The position numbers and the translations under genes are program-made. The notes under the pieces were generated by a model, which did no database searches, was not told the DNA's origin, and saw only the letters and a list, made by a program, of their open reading frames with translations. 64,000 nucleotides of DNA from Trichosphaerium sp. ATCC 40318 (taxonomy: Eukaryota > Protista > Tubulinea), in NCBI GenBank assembly GCA_038496445.1, contig JALMLS010000150.1:100326-164325 (forward strand), read 5' to 3'. Below, piece after piece: positions 25,469-36,934 of the stretch (the first letter of the stretch is position 1; the number at the start of each line of letters is the position of its first letter).

Positions 25469-27491
25469 ATGAAGGAACCGCACATGACGGATGTACCTAG
25501 CGCTACCGTATCGGAGAATTGGGAAGTTTTTTGCTTGTTTGTGAACAAAATAGCTCAAAAATCAAACAAGCCCACAACAGATGAAGCTACTCAAGAAACT
25601 CAACAAGCCTCAGAAAAAGGAGCAACCACGTGATGGGCGTGTAGTCCATGAGGATAAAAAGGAGACTATTAATCCTATACGACGTCATTCTTCTCGAAAG
25701 CTTGTACGAAGCATCACTGCGCCAGTTTCCCTCGCATGGGCTAGCCCAGGTTTGTTTTGGTTTATTTTTTGATAAGTTTTTAACGATTTGTCAGTTAAAC
25801 AAGAGCAAATGAAAGCGGAGGCATCTAAAATACGTAATATACAATCACGTGCGTATTTGTTAAGTTTTTTCAGAACGGGGTTTTCTCGTATAAACATTAT
25901 ACGAGACTACCTTTTTTTTCTGATATTTTGCAATACTCAACCCTTGTACTTACCTGTATGTAGTACAAACATATGTCACTCTTTTTATGGAGGCCTTGGA
26001 CGAAGTTATACAAGTGCACGATCTATGTGAAGCCCTTAACGAGGTAGGTAGTTCAAAGTGCTTATTTTCTTAACATAGTGTGCAGGAAAACAAAAAACAT
26101 TTCGTTAAAATCACAGAACCTCCTCTGTGCTCCCCGGATCTAACGCCAAAGCATCGTATACTCGCAGACGCATCAAAAGACATGTACGGGTTTGTGCTAG
26201 ATGCCGCACAAACCCCAGTGTGGAACTTATACTATAAGAAGTTTTTGAGAACAACACAAGTACGTTGGCTTAACTTATACTGTGTCACGTGATTAACCTA
26301 TTTTTAGGAGAAATCAACTGCTTTCTCATACGAAGTAACAAGTGGTATAGACGTAAGGAAGTTGGTTACAAAGGGTATACCGCCTAATCAACGTGAATAT
26401 GTACGTGCGGTACAAAAATAAATTTGGAAAAAAGTTTACGTACATCGTTTGGAGTTCCTTACTAAATAGCTATCTAGTTTTGGCGTGTTTTCTTAAACGT
26501 GCCAACGAGTATTTCATATTTTCCGGAGGAATATAATACTCTTCAATTAAAGACAAAAGAAGAAACAAACACAACATTTGATCAAATCGGAAAGGTAGGG
26601 TTTGTTACCTGAAAAAAAAAATAACGCTCACAATTGTCACACAGGATATAACGCGATCATTCAAGTCCGCTCACTCTCTTGACGAACCTTTCAAACAAAA
26701 ACTTACTAACGTTCTCCGGGCATACGCACTGAGAAACCCTCGGGTTGGTAAGTCACAAATGATCCAATAAACTCCTTCTCCTAATTTTGTTTGAAAGGCT
26801 ATTGTCAAGCTATGAATATGGTCGCTGGTGGTCTATTGGTATTAATGCAATCGGAAGAAGAAACATATTGGGGTCTTGTCCATATAATAGAACATATTTG
26901 TAGCCTATACTACATTGAGGACGGACTTATTGGAGGTAAGTTAAGCCAACGTTTTATTCGCAAAACTTAATTTTTTGTAATAGTTAAGGTGGACAGTACA
27001 ATACTTGGCGAGTATATAGAAGAGTACCTACCAAAGATTTCAAAACACTTTAAAAAGACAGATTTCAACTTGATACTGCTCGCATCAAGCTGGTTCATGA
27101 CATTATTTATTAACCACCTCCCTGCTGAATGCTCGTTTCGGATTTGGGATGTACTTTTTGCAAATGGTCCTTGTGTTCTCTTTGAGACTGCTCTGGCTGT
27201 ATTATCCATGTTTCAAGATGACATAATCAAATGTTCTGATTTAGCAGATATTTATACACTCCTTAAACAACGGATGAGGCTGATATTTGACTACGACGAT
27301 ATTTTAAAGGTAAATAAAAAATGGCAAATTTCTTCAAAAAAAAAAACACGTTTGACGTTTTTCGCGCTAACCATGACATTTCATAGGCAAGTGTCACAAA
27401 AATAGATCCATTAGACTTAAAAATGAGACGAGAGGTATGGAGAAATATTGCTATTGAAGATAGAAATAAGCGGAAACAAACCGCGAAATAA
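25469..27491 (+). CDS. TBC-domain Rab GTPase-activating protein (start uncertain)
   Basis: DMYGF, LVTKGIPPNQR, QIGKDITRSF (IxxDxxR), GYCQAMN (YxQ), SWFMTLF, RIWDVLF. Confidence 0.88.
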
Positions 27492-27622
27492 TCGAACAAT
27501 GTAACGTTGTTTTGTACCATAACGCGCCATCGAAGGTTTCGCTGGTTGCAAGGCTTGTTGTAAATTACAGCAGCCTCTTATTTAATTAAAACCAAGACGT
27601 TTAAATCTATTTGTTGAAGTTT

Positions 27623-27644
27623 GACTTTTTGGCGCCAAAAAGTC
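27623..27644. promoter_or_regulatory. Perfect 22-bp palindrome containing overlapping E2F-like sites (TTTGGCGCCAAA)
   Basis: GACTTTTTGGCGCCAAAAAGTC, about 80 bp upstream of ATG 27725; matches the TTTSSCGC consensus on both strands. Confidence 0.5.
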
Positions 27645-27724
27645 TGTGATTCAAAAAACAATTATTCAGTTTTTACAAACAAGACAGCTTAAACGGAACT
27701 GGTATTTTGTTTCCAGGTTATAAA

Positions 27725-28350
27725 ATGGCTGGCGCTTCTCCACAACAAAGAGGCAGGACTCCAACGACAAAAGCAAAGAAGCTTGTAAAAAAGTACACCG
27801 ATGAGCTGAAAGAAGACTACAATACCTTACAAGTACGTACAAAAGCGGTTTTAGGCGATCTGGGTTTGTTTCGCTCTGCGAATGGTACGGCCGACGCGTA
27901 TGGACCGAAACATAACCCAGGCGCCTTTAAACTTAGGTTTTTTATTGTTTTTGCTTCAAAATACTTCAAGAAAATGCAAACTCTGCGAACGGTACGGCCT
28001 ACGCGATATGAGCCACTGCACTAATTTTTTTGAGTGTTTAAAGCGGATTCAACCAAAAAAATCGCAATCTTTTGTAGTGGAGAAGAAGTTCTTTACCATT
28101 CTCACCGCGTATCTAGGACGCTGTATCTGTAAAGATGATGGCAATGGCAGAAAAGATAGTATCCTTAGAAGCACAACTAGCAGCTCAAGAAGGCACAAAA
28201 CGCAAAGCCGACGCACTACAACTTGAGAATAACGAACTGAGAAGAAAAATTCAGAAAATAAGCAAATCCGTTATTCTAGCGGCTGCACCTGGACTCTCCG
28301 ACAATCAACGTCGTGAATTAGATGATATACTTCTCATTGCATCAACATAA
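27725..28350 (+). CDS. Small coiled-coil protein, two exons
   Basis: MAGASPQQRGRTPTTK...LQ/DAVSVKMMAMAEKIVSLEAQL...LQLENNELRRKI heptads; GTACGT...TAG intron. Confidence 0.7.
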
Positions 28351-28632
28351 ATCATTGTAACATATACTGTAAGCCTTTGGCAAAACAAAAGAAATAAACT
28401 TGTACTCTAGAAATCTTGACAGTATTAATTTCTTCTTGAAGACGTTCATCAAGCTGGATTAGGCTCAGAGTTTAGTATACTTAGATGACCACCACTTGTG
28501 TGTTCGTTGATAGAAATATATCCTTGTAAAAGTGACTTTAAGATGACTGTCACGTGGCGATTTACAGCACACAAGAAAGAAATGAAAACTGCAAGTAATA
28601 CTTCCCATCAACGTGATTTACTCCATTTTGTT

Positions 28633-30213
28633 CTAGTTTATAATTGTTTGTGGAGTAGCTTCTCTAAAATTCCAAGGCAATACAGCGTGTCTGACACTTG
28701 GTACAACGAATGCAATCAACACAAAAAGCAAAGTAACCTTTTAACACAATAAGTAAAAACAAAGAATCATTAAACAATTATTCACGTGCCGCGACTACTG
28801 CACCAACTGTCGCTCCTACTATGATGCCAATATTATTATTAGAGCATTGGTTTGTAAGCATTAATACGTCGAGCCTAATATAGACGTTAGAATTAGTGAA
28901 GAAAATAAAGAGGTACCCTCCGGCATGTTGTTCTTGCACGATTTCAGTGCACTCGTTTGGATTTATTACAGTAACACTGCCATTAAAACAAGGCGATGAA
29001 ATAGCATTGAATCTCCTGTCAGATGATGTATCAATGTTCGAGACATCAACTACTATTGAGCTGTTTGACATCACAACCAAACAACCTAAACAAAGTTATA
29101 AAGCCAAGCCTCTCACAAAGCGAAATTACCTGATACATTCAGCGACGCATTTGTATCTGTGTCAAGAACTAGTACAATAGTGCCACCAGTTGTCATGTCC
29201 CCATTTATAACTGTTCGCTTTGTTATTGTCAAAGAGACATTATCAGGAATCTCGTAGTCTCCATCAACAGTACAAACTGTCACTATACCATCACATTGAA
29301 GACAGGAGCTATCCGCGCACAATACTATAACCAACTTTAGAACTTTAGAACGTAATCTTCACATTCAAAGTAACGTACTTGTGGGAGTTGTGGGAACTAC
29401 AGTTGGTGGAGCAGGTGGTGGAGGGGTGCAAGAACATGCCTTTACCATTACAAGAATACCGCCAATGACACCAATATCCAGTAATTTGAAGCTCAAAATA
29501 TGGCTTCCAGCAGGTATAGTCATGTTGAAATCAAGAGCAAGGTTGTAAGCTACGAAAAATTCATTCCACGTATAAAGAACATCAACACCATCCAATGCTA
29601 CCGCTGACACTTCATTATCTGCCCACGTTTGGAATGTTAAACTGCATTCTATTTAATGATGTTTGTACATAATAGAAGACTTTGTAGACCCTTACCGTAC
29701 TCAACTTGGATCGAAGTAGAAAAGGTTAGGTTGCCTCTAATAAGTTTAAAATCTCTCCCGCCTAACCAAAAACTCTGTATCGACATTAGACACGTGTTTA
29801 TAGCTCAATAGCAAACTAAATGCTGGTGTCGTACAGGAGTGAACCTCGCATCACTAATAGGATTTACCCACGGAAAACAACACTCCGTTGGACTGTATGA
29901 CGAACAACAACCTGTTTGACTGTCTGGAGGACCATCACCGAAGCAATTTGAAAACTTATCAGATGTACTTTCGCATATATTCCAGTGAGTATCGCGTATT
30001 GGAGGGTCTTGTGTAGGTAAAGGCAAAAAAGAATCGTCTACACCTAAATAATTATTAATACAATTTGACAACGCCTAAAAAAGGATTTTGAGATGTACCT
30101 GTTGGGTATAAGCCAATATTACTCAAACATTCTTGAACTTCCGGTTCGAACGGTGTAAAAGCTACAGTAATACTTAAATAAGCTATTAAACCCAAAGTGA
30201 GTGTGTATTGCAT
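28633..30213 (-). CDS. Type I surface protein (Cys-rich N-terminus, beta-sandwich, Pro/Thr linker, beta-rich module, TM)
   Basis: Signal MQYTLTLGLIAYLSITVA; PPPPAPPTVVPTTPT; TM IGIIVGATVGAVVAVTLLFVLIAFVV completed across a GC-AG intron. Confidence 0.7.
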
Positions 30214-31140
30214 TGTTAGAAGGTGTGAAAATATTGAACACTTTTCAAAAAAAACCCACAATCTGTTCGTAAAAACTAGTAATCACGTGTGATTTTCCAC
30301 CATCAAAGAAATAAAGGTGATGAAGCGCACTCCTTGTCAAGTATCTAAAGACTAGACGTCAAAAGTGAGCAGACGACACTTTCTCCACAAAATATGGACC
30401 TCAAGTGCATTATTTGTATTCCCAGTTGTAGTTTAACACTAGCGATACGCATTCGACTCGGTGCGTCGTAGAAGTGTTCCATTTAATTTTTTTGAATACA
30501 AACTTCTGCATGTTTGGACTTTTTACAATGTAGATATTAGTTTAGTATTTTCACTCAACTTCTTGGCGACTTTAAATCACAATCTCGAATGCGATTACAT
30601 CAATTTTTACAATACCTTCTCTTTCAACATACAAAGCGTTGTTACTAGAAGGATTGTATCCGAGACTAAGAGCGATTTTTAGTAAGCTGTTCCAGCTCTG
30701 GATACGCTAATACATGTGGTAAACACGGTCTAAGCGTTCTTTTTGTTGTTTATGCATACTAGATGTGGCGGTAGAAAAGTTGTTTGATTTTAAACAGAAC
30801 TATTCGACGTGCCGAGTTGACTGTGTATCGCATGTTTTTTACACGTTTCATACTCATGGAGATACTTATCTTGTGGTTTGGGACAGTCTTATTGGAAACG
30901 GAAGGGTAAGAAACTGCAAACAACATTTAATGGTTGCCGTGTTAATAATCCTAGTCAGGTACTTCTATCGCAGAAGCTGCAATCGAACGCTTCTCCAGAT
31001 TATTATTATCTATTATACAGCCACATGTTACACAACCATTCATTTTATGCTGTGCTAGAGTCCAAAAAGGGACTGAATATGGTATACATATACCTCCTAT
31101 TAGATGTCTATTTTCTTGAGTTGTGAGCTCATTGGTCGAA

Positions 31141-34100
31141 CTAAGAATGATCTATCTTCAATATATCCTGCACTTCGTTTGTGATAGTAATATTCTTGTA
31201 TGTTTTTCTTAGGTAAAGCACGTTTGATGTATTGTCTAGCAATTGTTAACATTGGACACAGCCATAAAAGATAGCGTACTACAAAAAACAACAATAGGTA
31301 TTTTAGTCCATTTCTTGTTTTGCCTTATGCTTTTCACTAATATCTCTGCTGCTAGATCGTCTCCATCGCCTTTACGATAAGTGTTTGTGATTATACATAA
31401 CCTGTTGGTGTAGAATCCTCTAAACTTATGAAGCCATGCTAAAATCTCAGATGACGACTTCATAACCAACACCTTTATAAACTTTGTAAGTACAAATTTT
31501 TTTTATGATTTTCTCCAACCTCCGTCTTCTTTGGCCTTTTTTGTAAGAGCTTTACAATCTCCCTGTTCTCAAAAGAGATTTTATCGTCAACCCATAGGAC
31601 CATACATTTTGCTTCTCTATACTTGAGTTTATATTCATCCATATTGGTGCTATTTGTGGCTTTGTAATAGACAAGATATCTTGGAAGAATCTAACGGTTT
31701 AACAGTTGAAAAAATAATGTAAACAAAGGTTTGTACTTGGTTTTTGGAGAATAAAACAATCTCATCATAATCTGGTTTTATGTTGTAAGCGCAAGGATAT
31801 CCAGTGGATTTGTTTGTAATGACATAGTGTGAATCAAATCCTTTCTTAATATAGCATTAGCCTCATAGTTTTAATGTCATGATATTACCATGCATCCCTT
31901 CCCAAGTAGGCTTTTAGGATCGCCTGGAATAGGTTTTTCAGTAACTGGATACGGTTTTCCCAACATCAGCCATGATATTAACATGCATGGATTTTCTGGC
32001 GGGTCACCCCATTCAGCGTACTTCTTACCGAAAGAAACCTTTCAGTCAAAGAACTTTTATATCATAGGACAATATACCGCAATCAGGGTATTGAGTAAAG
32101 TATATACCATTTCCTGTATTAAAGCAATATCAGTTATACTACAATAAGTATTTTTATCATTGTACCATAGTACCCTGGATCTTTCTTGTTTTGAGTCTCA
32201 TGTGGCTCCCTAAAATTGCTCCATGCAATTTTATAGCTATTCTCCTTATAAAACATTATCAAAACAACAAGATTCCCAGTTTCCTTGTACCTCTGTTGTA
32301 CCATGGAATCCAGCAAGAAGATTGATCTGTTCATTTCCAGAAACACGCATTACATATCTCTTCAAATGATTCAAAGTCCATTCCTGAGCTTTGTGTGTAT
32401 CTTCATCTATTGCTACAGACTCAGTATTTTTACGCTCTGTATAAAAAAAATTAGAAATAAATGGGAAAAGGATGCTATACTTGCTTGGATCTTCAGAAAA
32501 AAGTTTTTGTACAAGTAATTCATATGTCGATTTAAAGTTAGCTTCAAGTTTTTGATTGTCAAAGAAAACTATCTTTTCTAATTCATAAAATGAATCGCTG
32601 TTAGTTCCCATAAACTTGTAAAACATATTCCTAGCCCTTAAATATTCATCATAACGTTCCTTCATTACATAAGAACTGACCTAAAACCATGCACTTACCA
32701 ATGTCTTCTCGTTACTTGTAAGTACAGTACAATACAACCCGGGATAGTTTTTATGTACATGCCATTTACCATGCTTAAAAAATTCTGCTCCATGCAAGCT
32801 GCTCCACAATTCATGGTTCTTCTCTTTCAACATAGGAAAGCCTTTTATCAAATGTTTTGCACTGACAACTACTTCTTAAGCAGAGTCAACTCAAACACTC
32901 TGTATTAAAATACTCACTTGTTCTCTTGCACTGATATGGAGTTTTTGGAGCATTAACAACTTGGCCGCTCTGTATCTTAATAGGACACAGCTGAATCGGT
33001 TTAATTTTCAATGGTTTTAAATATGGGTCAAGACTTTGCTGAACAAAAATTAACTATTGTTAATTGATACAAAAGTACCGTCCATAGCCATGGTGCTGTT
33101 CCTCTAATCACTACTACAATTTCATGGTTTATGTAGTACAATATAATGAGGTTGCCATAAAAATCATTCAACACAATTAAGTTTGAAAAGAGCCGGAAGT
33201 CTTTGTTCTGTAGTTCTATTTGGAAAAAAAAAAAGTAATTAGTATTGCTTTGTACTGGGTTAAACATACTCCGTAATCTTCTTTGAAGGTCATTAAAGAT
33301 ATCTACAGATATTTCTGGTGATATGAACTTATATGCTAAATACCTAGAAGCATGTGGCATGTGCTGATATGCACTAGGAAGTGACTAAGAAACTGAGTTA
33401 ATACAAGAACGTGATGTACTGCAGTACTATTTTTTGGCCATTCTCCTGTATAATAGTCTCCAAAATTTTGGTTGAGAATTTAGCCTTATTGGTTTGTACG
33501 AGAGACATTATTTTCCACGTTTTTGTTGATGTAGCCAAAGAATAAATGGCGGGTAGGTCAAATTGGCTTTTCTTTTTTCTTTGAACTAAGCTGACATGTT
33601 GTTCATGTCCAGTCAAGGGCGGAAAGTACAACATATCAGCCCTTGGTAATAATGATATAATGATATACCCTCCAGAGCCGTAAATCATCTAGAAAAACTA
33701 ATGAATGGTTTGGAGAAGTAAAGTATAAAAATGTAAAAAAAAAAATGAGTACTTTTTCTTCTTTGGTCAAGCGAACACAAAACGACATCTTCACCAAGAA
33801 CTCCATAGCTTGCTTCACTTCAGATGGAGTACACTTTGGAAATATCTGAGATATTCGGTAGTTGACCTCTGTGTCAGTGAATACAGCACAATGATTTTGA
33901 CAGTTCTTTTTATACAATCTTTCCAAATGTTCTTTAGGTGCTAAAAACGAGCTCATAATATGAGATACAACTGGAGGATCTAAACACAACATATACGAAC
34001 ACTAGGTAGTATACTATTAGTTACTTTTTGGAGAAAGTAGTACCTCATCAAACATTATAGTGCCAATAGAATGCAGGTAGTTCAAAGACGCAACCAGCTC

Positions 34101-36350
34101 TATGGGAGCCATTTTACAAAATGAAGGTAATAGTTCAATCACTTGCTTGCTATTATAGAAGTTATTCAGGTCATAAATCTATACTTACACTGATATGATG
34201 ATATCCTTTAGTCTATTTTTTTGAACTACAATGTTTTCAAGAGCTGTTTTTATGCTGATGTATAACGTTGGCACTTTTGGGTATTGAGACTTCATATATT
34301 TTGATTGCAACTCCAATATTTTTACAAGAGCAGAAATACCTAATTACCAGGTTAAGAATTTAGTAATTGGGTACTACGTACCTTCTATGCACAAAGTACA
34401 ATAAAACGATGGTTTAATTGAGCGTAAGAGTTTTTCATTGGCTTGTAGATCTCCAACAAAGGCATCCCGTTTAGATCCATAAGCAATCACAGAGTAAAGC
34501 TTCGGATCTTGTCCTTTTAGAACATTACCGAGAGTTTTAAACCAGTGTTCTAACTGCTCTTGTTGCTCCGCAATTGACAGAGACAAGTCAACCTACACGT
34601 TAAACTTGGTAAGTAAATAAATCCAAAACTGTGAAAACGTACAACAATGATATAAATAGCAAGTTGCTTAGTGAAAAAATACTTATGTAAACCCTTGTAC
34701 TCTATCTGTCCAGCAAAGTCCAATACTGTGTACGTAATACCACCAAACCTAGAGTATCTAAATGTATTCCTTTCATACCTTTCACACGCACGTGAGATAG
34801 GAAGTATCAAAACCTACTGTTGAAACAGTGCTGACGTTTTTTTCACCTGCCAAAGACTTTATCAGTGTCGTTTTGCCTTTTAAAAATGAGTCATCGAAGT
34901 GTTTACACTGTCTAAAGTACCTGATCCGCCATGGCCGACAACTAATAGTTTTGCGCCCAATCGCTTGATGTAATCATATTTCTCGCGATTTATTCCGTCT
35001 ACAATCAGTGGTAGCTTACTAGTAGACAAGCTATGACCAGACCAAAATAATGTTTGAAAACGTTGTTTCGATAGCTGGTGTATTTTTACTGATATCACAC
35101 GCATTCCTGAAACATTCCGTGCCATGTTAGTGACTAAAAAAAGTTATAAGTAAGTAGTACTTCTAGGGAGATAAGTGAAACATACCATGATGCAATGATA
35201 TTTCACTATCGTTTCTACATAGATCATATACAAAGAGAATATCACATGTGCAATTTGATATGCAGTTATCCCGATGTTGTTTAATCCATTTAAAGACTTT
35301 TTGGTAGTGTTTTTTAGAATAAACTTCAAAAACTAAAGACATTCCACAATGAGATCTTAGTCTAAGTCTAATACGCTCTGCTTCTTGTTCATCGACAATA
35401 AACTTTGTTTTTTTTCCAAAACAATCATTTAGGTTTTTAAAATATTCAAAATCTTCTGAATATACCCATACTTTAACATCCTTACAGGAGATCTTAGGCA
35501 AAGCGGGTTGGATATTATCAATATTGATAAAAAAAGAAGCTTGATCAGGCTTCCCAGCGATGCAAGTCTTCTGTTTAGTGCTGAGAAACTGACCTCTTCT
35601 AAAGTACCCAATGTACTTACTACCGTCTGGCCAATAATACTCTCCAGCACCATGACGCTCACCGCCTAAGAAGCTACCTTTATACCTGCGACCATCTGGC
35701 CAACTTTTCTCTCCAATACCACAAAACTCGTCGTTCATAAACTGTCCCTTGTATTTACGACCATCTGGCCAATAGTACTCCCCAGTGCCATGAAACTTAT
35801 CCGCCAAAAATAGGCCGACATACTTAGTACCATCTGGCCAGCGGTACTCTCCGGCGCCATTAAACTTACCATCCAAAAAGTCTCCTTTGTATCTACGGTC
35901 ACCTGACAAAAACTTCTCTCCACTGCCAGTCATCTTGTGATCTATGAAATTACCTATGTACTTGACACCGTCAGGCCAAGTTAACTCTCCAATACCATGA
36001 AAATTCCCATCCAAGAAGTGACCGACATACTCGGTACCATCTGTCCAAGACTTTGTTCCTTTGCCTGTCATCTTATTATCCACAAATTCTCCTTTGTATT
36101 TGCGACCGTCACTCCAATAATACTCACCTGTGCCGTTAAAATTGCCATTCAAAAAGGTTCCTATGTATTTATTTCCATTTGGTAATATTAGGCAGCCTTT
36201 ACCACTTCTTTCGCCGTTTTTAATAGTTCCCTTGTATAAACTGCCATTTGGAAGCGTTGTTTCTTCTAAAGAGCATCACATTGCTAATCACTGTATCTGT
36301 TACTTACTGTAGTCACTATTGGTAATATCCGCGATCAAAGCGTGAGACAT
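31141..36350 (-). CDS. Roco-family protein: MORN repeats + Roc-COR + PARP-like ADP-ribosyltransferase + pseudo-receiver domain (multi-exon)
   Basis: 9-10 MORN repeats; Roc KLLVVGHGGSGKTT, STVG, DFAGQIEYKGLHKYFFT, GSKRD; COR LNYLHSIGTIMF..LCLDP; ART FHGT, DPGYYGNGIYFTQ, LMLGKPYPV, GFDSHYV, YDEIVLF..QILPRYLVYY; REC-like VLWVDD..IITN..IPIVVFC. Confidence 0.8.
35590..36245 (-). repeat. MORN repeat array (23-aa/69-bp period)
   Basis: YxGxFxxGxxxGxGxxxWPDG repeated nine times plus a partial unit. Confidence 0.92.
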
Positions 36351-36934
36351 GGATGGAGACTAAAGAAATGGCTAAAGCACGTGACTTTTTGCTGAAACAA
36401 AACTAGTTAGCTAAAATTGTATTCATACATACAAAACCTAAATCTCGTATTGTAGCGCCTCTCTTTTGTCAGCTGTTTACTTGCTACAGGCATGTAAATC
36501 ATTAGTCGAGCTGGTTATTTATTTGCGAACATCACGTGGTTCATAAAGTGGAAGATGGCATCTTTTCATAGAAGTAAGACCCACAAACCTTCGACGTGCA
36601 CCCATAAGTTCGGTGGGAAATGGCGTAGAAACTCAGCCATTCCCAACGATTTCGTGGCGCTAATCACCGAGTTAAAACTGTGTAATAGCACCAATAAACT
36701 TGTCTGTTCTCAGTGTTGCATAAAGTAGTCAATGACGTAACGGTACAAATGCAGGTAGTTTGTTATGTGAATAAAATGTACAGTGGAATACACTTTTTGA
36801 GATTTTCAACGTTTTACATTAAAGAGCTGTTCATGCGACACTGTAGTAAATATTCACTAATCAGAAAAGGAGTTGACTTAAAGCTCCTTAAACGACGGTT
36901 ACTAAAAATACAAACACAACTCTACAACACAAAC

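Noticed and set aside
35590-36245. Periodic DNA repeats (also 63040-63690) as a CRISPR-like array
   Set aside because: They are in-frame 69-bp and 72-bp coding MORN repeats in a eukaryotic gene, degenerate at third codon positions
12595-36350. NMNAT and the ART gene as a linked NAD module
   Set aside because: They are 17 kb apart with unrelated genes between; no evidence of linkage
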